DNA from: an uncultured Verrucomicrobiae bacterium
GTDB lineage: Bacteria; Verrucomicrobiota; Verrucomicrobiia; Chthoniobacterales; JAFAMB01
Assembly: GCA_963837955.1 (NCBI GenBank)
Contig: CAWIPH010000002.1
Span: forward strand, 1,760,001 to 1,824,000
DNA: 64,000 nt
Reading direction: 5' to 3'
In this document: positions 19,010 through 29,512 of the stretch, piece after piece
How the letters are laid out: every line of letters starts with the position of its first letter
How positions within the stretch are numbered: position 1 is the first letter of the stretch
Program-made: the position numbers and the translations under genes
The notes under the pieces: generated by a model
Told to the model about the DNA's origin: nothing
Seen by the model: the letters and a program-made list of their open reading frames with translations, nothing else
The model's database searches: none

Positions 19010-20059
19010 CTAAGTATTCGGAGTGCTGAGTTGCCCAAGCTGTTTCTCAAGCTCCCGAACACGGCGGATAAGCTCCGGTAGCTGGGTCACTGCGACGATT
19101 TGCCTTAATATCTCTTTCTCTGGGAACGCGGGCGTACCCCAGACCTTTCCTCCATCCGGAATATCGCGCAACACGCCGGCCTGCGCGCCGACCATAGCCT
19201 GGTTGCCGATTTTCGAATGGTCGTGGATGCCGACCTGACCTGTGATTACACAATAATTGCCCAGACGGGCACTACCGGCGATACCCACTTGAGCCATGAT
19301 GAGGCAGTTCTGGCCAATGACGACGTTGTGGGCGATCTGAACGAGGTTGTCGATCTTTGTACCCTGACCGACGATGGTGGAGCCGAAGGTCGCGCGGTCG
19401 ATGGTCGTGTTCGCGCCAATCTCGACGTCGTCGTGGATTATGACGTTGCCAGTCTGCAGCAGTTTACGGTGACGGCCCTCATCCAAGACGTAGCCGTACC
19501 CGTCCGAACCGATGACGCTGCCCGCGTGGATCGTAACGCGGTGACCGATCCGGGATTCCGCATAGAAGACCACATTCTGATAGAAACAGGCATCATCGCC
19601 AATCTCACAGTCGCGGCCAATATGATTGCCGCCCATTAGCACAGACCGCTCGCCGATCTTAGCCCCTGCCTTGATGACACAGTACGGCCCGACGTAAGCA
19701 GTTTGATGAACGCGGGCACTGGGGTCGATGATTGCGCTTGGATGGATACCCTGCCCGGGCTTCTCCAGTGGGAAAAAAAGCGGCAAGACCCTCGCCATGG
19801 CTATGCGGGCATTTGGGACACGAATGAGGACTTTGTTCGCCGATTCAAATTCGCCGCTCACCAGGATTGCAGAAGCGGCGCTTTGTTCAGCCGCGGCAAA
19901 GTAGGTTCGTTTCTCGGCGAATGTTAAATCGCCGACCTTGGCGGTATTGGCCGGCGCAAACCCGGTCAAACGAGTGGAACCATCTCCGACAACCTCTCCG
20001 CGGAGGTGCTCCGCGATCTTGGCCGCAGTAAAGGAAACAGGGGAATCGGTAAGTGACAT
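19010..20059 (-). CDS. lpxD: UDP-3-O-(3-hydroxyacyl)glucosamine N-acyltransferase, copy 1
   Basis: Hexapeptide repeats, [18 protein letters not shown] and [15 protein letters not shown] at 20059 aligns with the start of copy 2. Confidence 0.93.
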   Translation of the reverse strand: MSLTDSPVSFTAAKIAEHLRGEVVGDGSTRLTGFAPANTAKVGDLTFAEKRTYFAAAEQSAASAILVSGEFESANKVLIRVPNARIAMARVLPLFFPLEKPGQGIHPSAIIDPSARVHQTAYVGPYCVIKAGAKIGERSVLMGGNHIGRDCEIGDDACFYQNVVFYAESRIGHRVTIHAGSVIGSDGYGYVLDEGRHRKLLQTGNVIIHDDVEIGANTTIDRATFGSTIVGQGTKIDNLVQIAHNVVIGQNCLIMAQVGIAGSARLGNYCVITGQVGIHDHSKIGNQAMVGAQAGVLRDIPDGGKVWGTPAFPEKEILRQIVAVTQLPELIRRVRELEKQLGQLSTPNT

Positions 20060-20385
20060 AGGTTTTCTACTGCCGGAGAATTCCATCCCCAACTGCAGGG
20101 CGAAATGCCGGCCTTTTCGATCTTCCTGTCGCACCGAATGGCCCAGATGCAAAGGCTGACCAACGGAACGGCCTGATATGGCGATCGAACTCGGCAGCTC
20201 AATCCGCGGCTTCAAAATCTTCAAAGAGAATGGAAGAAACTTCGTTCGAGCCCACTCTGCTGTAGGAGGATTGAGGATAATTAGCCGGTCAGGGACACCG
20301 AACTTTTCATCATCGATTAGCCCGTGTGGCGTAACTCGCCGCACCCCGGCCCTCAGAAACCTAAAAATCAAAAAAGAGTGACATC

Positions 20386-20706
20386 ATGAAACCATCCAAA
20401 GCCGTCATCGCCGGAGCAGCAGTTGCTGGCCTCTTGACCGGATCCATCGCAGTGCGGACGTATGCCGCGAGCATTTCCGGTATAGCAGGTACCTCCGTCC
20501 ACAATCTTGCCGATACCGACAAAGGCAAACACGCTTGCAAAGGCCAGAACGAGTGTAAAGGCCAAGGGGGATGCAAGACCGGCGATAACGGCTGCAAAGG
20601 AAAAAACTCCTGCAAGGGCAAAGGCGGATGCCAGACTGCCGAGAACAGCTGCAAAGGCAAGGACGGTTGCAAGGCCGGCGGAAGTATTAAGAACAGTGTC
20701 GCTTAA
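20386..20706 (+). CDS. Secreted Cys-rich precursor peptide resembling BufA2-type bufferin (MNIO/DUF692 substrate)
   Basis: Signal peptide followed by KHACKGQNECKGQGGCK..NGCKGKNSCKGKGGCQ..NSCKGKDGCK repeats (8 Cys). Confidence 0.75.
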   Translation: MKPSKAVIAGAAVAGLLTGSIAVRTYAASISGIAGTSVHNLADTDKGKHACKGQNECKGQGGCKTGDNGCKGKNSCKGKGGCQTAENSCKGKDGCKAGGSIKNSVA

Positions 20707-20817
20707 TTCGTCCGTTTCTCTCACCCTTTTGGAGAGACGAACTGATCGATAATCCCGCGTATCGGCACATTGATCTTCACTCCAGGCTGGTAGCGCGACA
20801 CGGTCCTGCGGCGCGCA

Positions 20818-21130
20818 TGCGCGTCAACATAAGAGGAGAGATATGCGCCTAGAAGACTCGTCCCGGAGGGACTCAATGAAAGTAGCCCAGTACGAAGTGC
20901 TGGGGTGACGTTCAAAAAGAACGACCCGTCCCGGACGGGACGATCGAGCGTTGCTTACGCTGGTGAAGCTGCATACGAGAGGATCAGGACCCAAGACACT
21001 TCTATCGTCCCTCGCGGGACGGACCTCTCTTTGTGCATTATTTCCCGGCACTTCGTACTGGGCTACTTTCATTGAGTCCCTCCGGGACGAGTCTTCTAGG
21101 CGCATATCTCTCCTCTTACGTTGACGCGCA
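20818..21130. repeat. Complete 313-bp REPIN/MITE-like palindrome with ~85-bp terminal inverted repeats
   Basis: TGCGCGTCAACATAAGAGGAGAGATATGCGCCTAGAAGACTCGTCCCGGAGGGAC... at the left end and its reverse complement at the right end. Confidence 0.9.
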
Positions 21131-21269
21131 CGCACCGCGGGCTGTGAGCCCTGGTTCAGCATGAACACAGAGCCTGCTGCGTTTTTTGTTCCTACGGTTC
21201 GAGGCTCAGTCGATACTGCGATGACTATTCAGCCTCGCAAATTTGACAAATGCTTAGTGTTCCCACAGC

Positions 21270-22298
21270 ATGCGGGACCGTCGAGCGCCCATGAGAGGAG
21301 GAAAAGAACTAATACTGGCCACCAAATCGTATGCCGTTGATTACGCGATAAGAAGCTGGTGGTGTATTATTTCGACTGGTTCCCTGTTGGTGGCCGCCCT
21401 AGCCGGAACGCTTTGGCATCTCCCTCTCTCCGCTAAGATTGTCTGCAGTGGCCTCGCCGGACTGTTGATTCTAAGAATGTTCGTGATTTACCACGATCAA
21501 CAGCATCAAGCGATCTTGCCTAAATCTCGTTTAGCGGATTTTTTGATGGGAATCTTTGGAATCCTTGCCCTAAGCCCCACTAGCGTTTGGAAGAGCTCAC
21601 ATAATCACCATCACAATCATAACTCTAAGCTTCGGGGATCTCATATCGGGTCATTTCCGGTAATGACGAACGACCATTTTTGGAAGTCATCGAAAAGCGA
21701 ACGTCTTCAATACCTTTTCATGCGCCACCCGTTAACCATCTTGTTCGGCTATGTTACCGTTTTTCTCGGCGGGATGTGCATTTTCCCATTGTTTGAAGAA
21801 CTAAGGGAACACTACGATTGCCTGGTCGCTTTGGTGGTGCACGTCGTGATAGGCGTATTGCTCACCGTACTATTCGGCTGGCAAGCGCTGTTGCTGACTC
21901 TATTCATCCCTGTCTTCATTGCGGGCGCCATTGGATCCTACTTGTTCTACGCCCAGCACAATTTTCCCAGCGTCTCTTTCAACGACGCTGCGGGTTGGAC
22001 GTATGATAGAGCCGCGCTGGAGTCCTCCAGTTTTATGAAAACAGGTCCGATTATGGGCTGGTTTACCGCTAATATCGGCTATCATCACATCCATCATTTG
22101 AATGCCCGAATTCCGTTCTATCGATTGCCTGAAGTCCTACAGAAAATACCGGAGTTGCAGAGGCCCAAGTCGACATCGCTCAATCCTTTTGAAATTATTC
22201 GCTGTCTGCGTTTGAAGGTTTGGGATGTTGAATCGCAGCAGATGATTGGCCTCACCAAGAGGCCGATCGTTCCAAGAAGAGAGCCGGTAACGAACTAG
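21270..22298 (+). CDS. Membrane fatty-acid desaturase
   Basis: Three His boxes: HDQQH, HNHHH and HHIHH; also YAQHNF. The start may be at 21291. Confidence 0.92.
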   Translation: MRDRRAPMRGGKELILATKSYAVDYAIRSWWCIISTGSLLVAALAGTLWHLPLSAKIVCSGLAGLLILRMFVIYHDQQHQAILPKSRLADFLMGIFGILALSPTSVWKSSHNHHHNHNSKLRGSHIGSFPVMTNDHFWKSSKSERLQYLFMRHPLTILFGYVTVFLGGMCIFPLFEELREHYDCLVALVVHVVIGVLLTVLFGWQALLLTLFIPVFIAGAIGSYLFYAQHNFPSVSFNDAAGWTYDRAALESSSFMKTGPIMGWFTANIGYHHIHHLNARIPFYRLPEVLQKIPELQRPKSTSLNPFEIIRCLRLKVWDVESQQMIGLTKRPIVPRREPVTN

Positions 22299-22421
22299 AC
22301 GGCTGCCCGGATCTGAGGCAGGCTTGGCAACCGGGCGACCAGAATCGTTACGGAGTTTCGGGAAGCCGACGATTTCGGATGGACGATTGGAGGGCTGAAT
22401 AAGATTTGCTGCCAACTACCT

Positions 22422-23441
22422 ATGTCATCCTCCCAATCTTTTACTGCTACCGAAATTGCGGAGAAGCTTCACGGCGAAATTGTTGGAGATGGTTCGGTCC
22501 AACTAACTGGCTTTGCCTCAGCAGATAGCGCAAAGGTCGGCGATCTCACCTTCGCCGAAAAGCAAGCATATTTTGCTGCTGCTGAACAAAGCGCGGCTAC
22601 AGCCATTCTTGTGAGCGACGTGTCCGAGCCCTCGACGAAGGTCATCATTCGTGTGCCGAATGCACGTATAGCCATGGCCAGAGTGCTACCGCTCTTTTTC
22701 CCACCGGCAAAACATGCTCCGGGCATCCATCCGAGCGCAGTTATCGACTCCGGAGCCCAGATCGACCATACGGCCTCCATCGGACCCCATTGCGTCATAG
22801 GCGCGGGGGTGAGAATCGGCGCGCGCTCCGTACTCATGGGTGGCAACCACATTGGTAACGACTGTCAGATTGGCGACGATGTGTGCCTCCATCCGAATGT
22901 GGTTGTGTATGCGAACTCAGAGATCGGCCACCGTGTCACGATCCATGCCGGCACCGTTATCGGTTCCGACGGATTTGGTTATGTCTCGGATGAGGGTAGC
23001 CACCGAAAGATGCTGCAGGTCGGCAATGTCATTATCGAGGACGATGTCGAGATTGGCGCGAACACGGCTATCGACCGCGCCGCGTTCCGTTCCACTATCA
23101 TTGGCCAAGGCACTAAGATCGACAACCTCGTCCATATCGCGCACAACATCGTCATTGGCCGGAACTGTATAATTTGTGGACAAGCGGGTTTTGCGGGCAG
23201 CACGCATTTGGGGGATGATTGTATAATTGCGGCCCAGGCGGGGATTTCAGGACATCTGAAAATCGGCGACCGAGCCATCGTGGGCCCGAAGTCCGGTGTG
23301 GCGCGGGACGTCCCGGACGGGGCAAAGGTCATGGGGATCCCGGCTAGTCCAGAGAAAGACGCCAAACGCCAGGCGATTGCGGTGACGCAATTGCCTGAGC
23401 TTATCCGTCGCGTGCGTGAGCTGGAAAAACAACTGGAGTAA
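22422..23441 (+). CDS. lpxD: UDP-3-O-(3-hydroxyacyl)glucosamine N-acyltransferase, copy 2
   Basis: IGSDGFGY, EIGANTAIDR and KIDNLVHIAHNI; highly similar to copy 1. Confidence 0.93.
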   Translation: MSSSQSFTATEIAEKLHGEIVGDGSVQLTGFASADSAKVGDLTFAEKQAYFAAAEQSAATAILVSDVSEPSTKVIIRVPNARIAMARVLPLFFPPAKHAPGIHPSAVIDSGAQIDHTASIGPHCVIGAGVRIGARSVLMGGNHIGNDCQIGDDVCLHPNVVVYANSEIGHRVTIHAGTVIGSDGFGYVSDEGSHRKMLQVGNVIIEDDVEIGANTAIDRAAFRSTIIGQGTKIDNLVHIAHNIVIGRNCIICGQAGFAGSTHLGDDCIIAAQAGISGHLKIGDRAIVGPKSGVARDVPDGAKVMGIPASPEKDAKRQAIAVTQLPELIRRVRELEKQLE

Positions 23442-23601
23442 CTCAGTGCTCCGAAGAGATGATTCTATTTCCGTCCGCGTGATGGTATCGGCAAGTCCGG
23501 TGCGTAGATGAGAGGTAGTCCGGCTGGAGCGCTGAAGGTGTTTTTGGTGAGAGGCGCTCCGGCCGGACCGCCTCTCACCAATCACCTTTCACTGTCTTCC
23601 C

Positions 23602-24249
23602 TTACTCCGTCAGCAGCTTAAAGGCATGGGTCCACTGATTATTCAGGAACCCTGGAATACACCAGAGCATACAAAGTGGTTCGATGGCCCGCGCCGAAAT
23701 GATGCTTCCGCAATCGAAAGGTTCCCATCCGAATTGCTTAATAACCTCGGCGACCGTCATCTTCGCTTCCGCGTTGTTCCCGCAAAAGAACATGGTCGGT
23801 ACCCCTTGTTTGTATTGCGGATTGATCATTCGTGCCGCCCCGACGCTGTTGAAGGCCTTTATGACATGGGCGCGGGGTATCTTGACCTGAATCTTTTCGG
23901 CCTGCGATTCGTTCGGGCCGGTGGTGTACTGCAGGACGCCGTTGACGGGCGGCGCGTCCGCCAACGGATTCGTAGCATCGATCACCGGCTTACCATTGAA
24001 GTTCTCGAGACCAGCCAACTCGATCACGTTTTCCACTACCCGGCCGAGCGATGCTAGTACTATCAGTTCCCCGAACTTTGCAGTTTCTTCGAAGGTCCCG
24101 CTTGTTGCCCCGGGTGTATCTCGAACCCATTGCTGGACCTCCGGCTTTTTCGGATCGCGGGTACCGAGCATGACCTGGTGGCCATGCTTGAGAAACCCAG
24201 CGCCAAGTACTTGCCCTACAGTCCCAGATCCTAAGACTCCGACTTTCAT
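23602..24249 (-). CDS. NADP oxidoreductase, F420-dependent/COG2085 family
   Basis: GVLGSGTVG Rossmann motif, IDATNPL, VIKAFNS and ARAIEPL. Confidence 0.88.
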   Translation of the reverse strand: MKVGVLGSGTVGQVLGAGFLKHGHQVMLGTRDPKKPEVQQWVRDTPGATSGTFEETAKFGELIVLASLGRVVENVIELAGLENFNGKPVIDATNPLADAPPVNGVLQYTTGPNESQAEKIQVKIPRAHVIKAFNSVGAARMINPQYKQGVPTMFFCGNNAEAKMTVAEVIKQFGWEPFDCGSIISARAIEPLCMLWCIPGFLNNQWTHAFKLLTE

Positions 24250-24334
24250 TTGCTCATACTCCTCGCGATCGTCGGAACGCGCAAAGAGCAGTAGACGTGC
24301 CGAGACAGGAATGAGTTCTGTTTAATTCCCGTCA

Positions 24335-25075
24335 ATGAATGTCGGTTCGCGGTTCATTCACGCCAGGGGAAACATTATTCTCGCACGTCCAGAACCAGTG
24401 AATATGGTTCCCTTCATCACCCAATTTCGAGATCGCACCGAAGCGGGCAAGTTATTAGCCAGCAAGCTTTCGGGGTACGCCAATCGTAAGGATGTGTTAG
24501 TTCTGGCGCTGCCGCGGGGCGGAGTGCCAGTCGCGTTAGAGGTGGCTAAAGAACTGAACGCTCCGCTGGATATCTTCGTTGTACGTAAGCTGGGCGTGCC
24601 AGGTCACGAAGAATTAGCGATGGGGGCGATTGCACCTGGCGGTGTATGCGTGCTCGATTCCGGAATAGTGCAACGGTCGCATGTTTCGACTTCCCATATT
24701 GAGACAATCATCGCCAAGGAACGAGCCGAATTGGAGCGACGGGAGAAAGCCTACCGAGGCGACGCACCAACAGCTGATGTACTCGGCAAGACAATCATCT
24801 TGGTTGATGACGGGCTGGCTACTGGTTCGACGATGCGCGCGGCGGTTGCGGCGATCAAACGTGGACAGCCGGCAAAGATTGTAATCGCGGTGCCTACTGC
24901 CCCTCCTTCGTCCGTCAACGAATTGCGAGCCGAAGTGGACGACGTTGTAGCATACATTACGCCGCGGCTGTTCTTTGGGGTGGGAGAATGGTACAAGAAG
25001 TTTAATCAGGTCTCCGATGACGAAGTACGCGCGCTCCTGCAAGAATCAAAGCGCCGGCAGACCGCTAAGCAGTGA
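24335..25075 (+). CDS. Phosphoribosyltransferase (COG1926-like)
   Basis: FRDRTEAG, ALPRGGVPV, VRKLGVPGHEELAMGA and LVDDGLATGST. The true start may be about 24404. Confidence 0.9.
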   Translation: MNVGSRFIHARGNIILARPEPVNMVPFITQFRDRTEAGKLLASKLSGYANRKDVLVLALPRGGVPVALEVAKELNAPLDIFVVRKLGVPGHEELAMGAIAPGGVCVLDSGIVQRSHVSTSHIETIIAKERAELERREKAYRGDAPTADVLGKTIILVDDGLATGSTMRAAVAAIKRGQPAKIVIAVPTAPPSSVNELRAEVDDVVAYITPRLFFGVGEWYKKFNQVSDDEVRALLQESKRRQTAKQ

Positions 25076-25119
25076 GCAGTAAGCGGGGCGCCGGATGCCA
25101 GGAGTCAGACACGCCATCT

Positions 25120-25477
25120 ACGCCGAAGGCGTTGGAGGACTCAGCCCGGGGTGGAGGCTTTGCGCAACCCCGGGGTAGCCCCAAAAAAGCGCGTCCGCTC
25201 TGAAAGAGCGTAAGACCATCTGGCAGTCTTGGTCACGTCGTTCATTCATCCGATAATATTCGAGGCCGTGGTCAAGCTCCGAGATTTTACATTCGGTGAT
25301 GACGGCCGTTGGGTAGAAGATTTCTTGCGCTCTTTCAGAGCGGACGCGCATTTTGGGGATACCCCGGGGTTGCGCAAAGCCTCCACCCCGGGCTGAGTCC
25401 TTTAACGCCTTCCGACTTCGCCAACCATTAGCTATGGTTCGAACGTCACAGAAGGGCTTCGTCGGACAGGTCGGCGT
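25120..25477. repeat. REPIN-like palindrome with unit A inserted in the right arm
   Basis: Left arm ACGCCGAAGGCGTT..GGACTCAGCCCGGGGTGGAGGCTTTGCGCAACC. The right-arm AACGCCT|TCGGCGT is split by 25411-25470. Confidence 0.85.
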
Positions 25478-25729
25478 TTCCGGTCCCGGCGTCCGGCTCC
25501 CCGCTTAGTGCTTACTGCTCCCCGTTTACCGTCTTCCCGATCACTGGTGGCTCTGAACAGGACACACTAACATATCAGGCGATGGGCGCTCCTCCCGATG
25601 TTGGTGATCGCAATCCAACAATTGCCTCGCTGGTAGGGCACCATTCTGTTCGGATAAGAAACGTGCTGATGGGTGCGTCAACCATCGGGCAAATGCTTAC
25701 ATTTGGCTCTTAGCTGGTAAATTCCGATC

Positions 25730-27781
25730 ATGATTCAGAACTTATGGAGCGAAACCGCTGCGAGAGGTTATATCGCCCGCTATGACGATGAGGATGTCGC
25801 ACTCCGAGTCTACACATCTCATTTACTCGGTCGCGAACCGCGGCTGGTCCTGCATGGCGGAGGCAACACTTCGGTTAAGACGTTCGCCGCGGATCTTTTT
25901 GGGAACGAAACAGCGGTTTTGCGCGTAAAAGGGAGCGGTTGGGATCTAGCTGCAATCGAGCCGGGCGGCTTACCGGCAGTCCGCCTGGAACCGCTTTTGC
26001 GATTGGAGTCACTGGAACGGCTCTCCGATGAAGCCATGGTTAATTACTTGCGCGGCAATCTGATGGACTCGGCTGCACCGACGCCATCGGTTGAAACGCT
26101 CCTGCACGCCTTTCTGCCCCACAAGTTTATAGACCACTCCCACGCGCTCGACGTGTTGGCCTTGGTTGATCAGGAGAACGGAGACAACTTAGTGCGAGAG
26201 GTATTCGCAAGCCGGGTAGGTTATGTACCCTATATCATGCCGGGGTTCTCTCTGGCCAAAGGCGCAGCTAGCGAGTATCGCCGCAGTTCCGAGGTTGAAG
26301 GTCTCGTGCTAATCAAACATGGCTTGTTCACTTTCGGCGATACCGCCAAAGAGTCGTATGAGCGCACAATCGAACTCAGTAATTTGGCAGCTGATTTTGT
26401 ACAAAGAAATCGCCGAACCACCGTATTCGTTTCTGGTTCCTGGCCTGAAAGAGAGATCGCTCACGTGGGAGACACTGCGCCCATTCTACGAGGATGCCTC
26501 GCGAACGCACTCGAGAAGAGTGGCGTGATGCGCTGGATTCTGGACTTCCGTTCTTCTGATCAGATCCTGAACTTCGTAAACGGCCAAGGTCTGAGCGATT
26601 ATGCCAATCGGGGGACAATCACGCCGGATCACCTGATCCGGACAAAGAGTAATCCACTGATCTTGACGCGGCCTGAGGCGAGGGCTTTGGACGAGTTTCG
26701 AGCCGAGACGGCCCGCGCTGTCGGGAATTACATCAAGACATATCAGGACTACTTCCAACGTAACAATTCCCAAGCCGGCGAACCGAAGTCACCGTTAGAT
26801 CCGCTTCCACGGATTGCCCTTCTGCCTGGTCTCGGCCTGTTTGGAATCGGAAAGTCCGCTAAAGAAGCTGCCATCGTGGCGGATATCGCTGAGACCTGGG
26901 TCGATACCATCACGGCAGCAGAGGGAATTGGACGGTTCCGTTCCTTGAACGAGAGCGAACAGTTTGAAATGGAGTACTGGTCGCTCGAACAAGCGAAATT
27001 GAAAGGACTCTCGGAGCCTCGCCTTGCCCGGCAAGTCGTTTTGATCACTGGCGGCGCCGGGGTAATCGGCTGCGCTATCGCTAAAGCATTTGCCGGGGAG
27101 GGGGCTGAGGTTGCGATTGCCGATCTGGATGGGGAGAAAGCCGCGGAAGTTGCCCGAACGCTCAAACCTACCGCATTCGGCGGAGCCTGTGACGTAACGA
27201 ATGCGGAGTCGGTGAGAAAGCTATTTGATCAGGTGTGCGAACGTTTTGGGGGCGTTGACGTCGCGGTCTCCAACGCTGGGGCCGCATGGTCCGGACCCAT
27301 TGCTACTATTTCCGACGAGTTGTTGCGCAAGAGCTTTGAGTTAAACTTTTTTGCGCATCAGCTGGTTGCGCAGAATGCGGTGAGGGTCATGCGATCACAA
27401 AAGACCGGTGGCGCTATCCTTTTCAACGCCTCCAAACAGGCGATCAACCCTGGTCCGGACTTTGGTGCATACGGCATCCCGAAAGCTGCCATTCTATCTT
27501 TAGTGCGGCAGTACGCGTTGGAGCATGGCCGCGACAAAATCCGGGTGAATGCCGTTAACGCGGATCGAATTCGAAGTGGCTTACTAACGGATGACATGAT
27601 CCGGTCACGCGCCCGGTCGCGTGGACTGACCGAAAAGGATTATATGTCTGGTAATCTTCTCGGCTGTGAAGTGACTGCCGACGACGTAGCGCAAGCGTTT
27701 GTCCATCACGCATTAGCTCAGAAGACGACGGGTGACATTACGACCGTCGACGGCGGAAATGTCGCGGCATTTCTGAGGTGA
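25730..27781 (+). CDS. Bifunctional class II aldolase / short-chain dehydrogenase (rhamnulose-1-phosphate aldolase/SDR-like)
   Basis: LVLHGGGNTSVK, KGSGWDL, PSVETLLH, TPDH, EYWSLEQAKL, then SDR motifs TGGAGVIG, NAG and YGIPK. Confidence 0.9.
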   Translation: MIQNLWSETAARGYIARYDDEDVALRVYTSHLLGREPRLVLHGGGNTSVKTFAADLFGNETAVLRVKGSGWDLAAIEPGGLPAVRLEPLLRLESLERLSDEAMVNYLRGNLMDSAAPTPSVETLLHAFLPHKFIDHSHALDVLALVDQENGDNLVREVFASRVGYVPYIMPGFSLAKGAASEYRRSSEVEGLVLIKHGLFTFGDTAKESYERTIELSNLAADFVQRNRRTTVFVSGSWPEREIAHVGDTAPILRGCLANALEKSGVMRWILDFRSSDQILNFVNGQGLSDYANRGTITPDHLIRTKSNPLILTRPEARALDEFRAETARAVGNYIKTYQDYFQRNNSQAGEPKSPLDPLPRIALLPGLGLFGIGKSAKEAAIVADIAETWVDTITAAEGIGRFRSLNESEQFEMEYWSLEQAKLKGLSEPRLARQVVLITGGAGVIGCAIAKAFAGEGAEVAIADLDGEKAAEVARTLKPTAFGGACDVTNAESVRKLFDQVCERFGGVDVAVSNAGAAWSGPIATISDELLRKSFELNFFAHQLVAQNAVRVMRSQKTGGAILFNASKQAINPGPDFGAYGIPKAAILSLVRQYALEHGRDKIRVNAVNADRIRSGLLTDDMIRSRARSRGLTEKDYMSGNLLGCEVTADDVAQAFVHHALAQKTTGDITTVDGGNVAAFLR

Positions 27782-28016
27782 AAGTCAGTGATCAGTAAGC
27801 GGGGAGCCGGCTCCCCGCTTAGTGCTTAGTGATTGGGCTGCTGCGGCAGGGCGAGTCGCTTTTCGGCTACGCACCCCGTCTGCGCGCCAACATAAGCCGA
27901 TATCTGATACTTTGCCCCGGAGGTGCACTAGTTAGTTACCGTCAGATTCAGGTGATTCAGTTTCACGATTATCATTTCGCTGAGGCGAAACGTTCACGCG
28001 GCCGACGAAAAGAAGT

Positions 28017-28472
28017 CTAATATGGCGTCCGCGGTTTGGCCGGGTGTTTCTTCGCAAAGGAAGTGGCCGCTTGGAACACCGGGTCCCTGGACGTCGGAAG
28101 CCCCATTCCTGCCAAGTTTTGATAGGCTCGGTCTTCGCTACCTTCCACATCCTCACTGTTGGGCGTTAGTCTTGCGTTAGTCTCGCCCCAAGCGCACATC
28201 GCGAGCATAACTGGTCGAAGTGACTCTCCCAGCGGGGTAAGTATGTATTCTACCTTGGGCGGAACCTGACGGTAGATCTTTCGCCGAATGATCTTATCAG
28301 CTTCAAGTTCGCGCAACTGCTGAGTGAGCATCTTTCCGCTTGCTTGCGGGATTAGACGTCCAAGTTCGCCCGACCGACGCGGAGCCTCAGACAAATAATG
28401 GAGGATAATCGGTTTCCACTTGCCACCTATTACCTCTAGTGTACGCGTGATGGGGCATTCCTTGTACTTCAT
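28017..28472 (-). CDS. HxlR-family transcriptional regulator
   Basis: CPITRTLEVIGGKWKPIIL, LTQQLRELE and PPKVEY.LT. Confidence 0.92.
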   Translation of the reverse strand: MKYKECPITRTLEVIGGKWKPIILHYLSEAPRRSGELGRLIPQASGKMLTQQLRELEADKIIRRKIYRQVPPKVEYILTPLGESLRPVMLAMCAWGETNARLTPNSEDVEGSEDRAYQNLAGMGLPTSRDPVFQAATSFAKKHPAKPRTPY

Positions 28473-28555
28473 AATCAGTAAATAGCACCTTTTGGTAGGT
28501 ATAGCACAATATGGTGGGTACTTGCAACCTGGCTCCGTATGGACAGAATTCCAGA

Positions 28556-29512
28556 ATGGCTAATATTCTCATTGTTCACGCTCACCACGAACCAAAGAGT
28601 TTTACCAGCGCACTCGCGAGGACGGCCGCCGAGACATGGACGGAGCAAGGGCACAAAGTCGATTTTTCTGATTTATACGCGATGAAGTTCGATCCGGTCT
28701 CAGATCGAAGGAATTTCACAACGGTCAGAGATCCCAATTTTTTTAAGCAACAGCAAGAGGAGTTATACGCCGCCGAGCATGTAGGTTTCGCGCCGGAAAT
28801 CGAAGTGGAGATGCAAAAACTGGAACGTTGCGATCTCCTGGTTTTTTCCTTTCCACTGTGGTGGTTTGGGCTACCCGCAATTCTGAAAGGATGGGTAGAC
28901 CGAGTTTTTGCGTATGGACGCATCTACGCTCGTGGACGCTGGTACGACCAGGGATTGGGACGAGGGAAACGCGCGATGGTGCTCATTACAACGGGCGGTG
29001 CGAAATCTTTGTACGACCGCAAGGGCCTCCACCCTAAGCTGGATACAATCCTCACCCCGATTCACCATGGCATCTTTTGGTTCAACGGATTTTCTCCACT
29101 CCAACCATTCGTCGCCTGGGCTGCCGCGCATGGAAGTGACGCAGATCGCCAGGGGGTGCTCGATCAATGGCAAAACCGATTAAAAGGTCTCTTCCACGAA
29201 CGAACAATTCAATTGCCACGTCTTGCCGACTTCGATGAGGACACCTTTCGGGACCGAGTGCCACGCTACATGGTGACGTTGACCAGACGTCGATCGTCGG
29301 AGGATGGATCGCAGTCCCTCGGTTACGTCACAACCGAGCAACTGGACCGTCTTCATGAAGACGGCGTTCTCTTGAGCTACGATCTCGCCGAACTGAGTTC
29401 GCCCAATTGGCACGGCTCGCTCGTTTTTCGGAGAGGAGTGAATCAGTGGTGCTCGCTATCTGCGCGGAGCTATTTCCATGTTCCAACTTTAGTCTCGAAA
29501 TCGTTCCAGTAG
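28556..29512 (+). CDS. NAD(P)H:quinone oxidoreductase (flavodoxin-2) with a C-terminal extra domain, possibly frameshifted
   Basis: ILIVHAH..PKSF, SDLYAMKFDP and FPLWWFGLPAILKGWVDRV; divergent from HxlR. Confidence 0.88.
   Translation: MANILIVHAHHEPKSFTSALARTAAETWTEQGHKVDFSDLYAMKFDPVSDRRNFTTVRDPNFFKQQQEELYAAEHVGFAPEIEVEMQKLERCDLLVFSFPLWWFGLPAILKGWVDRVFAYGRIYARGRWYDQGLGRGKRAMVLITTGGAKSLYDRKGLHPKLDTILTPIHHGIFWFNGFSPLQPFVAWAAAHGSDADRQGVLDQWQNRLKGLFHERTIQLPRLADFDEDTFRDRVPRYMVTLTRRRSSEDGSQSLGYVTTEQLDRLHEDGVLLSYDLAELSSPNWHGSLVFRRGVNQWCSLSARSYFHVPTLVSKSFQ

Noticed and set aside
20060..20371. 100-aa N-terminal extension of lpxD copy 1 in the ORF track
   Set aside because: Alignment with copy 2 places the start at ATG 20059; the extension spans the divergent promoter region.
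20361..20724. Minus-strand ORFs over the Cys-rich gene
   Set aside because: Antisense shadows; the plus strand has the signal peptide and the Cys motif.
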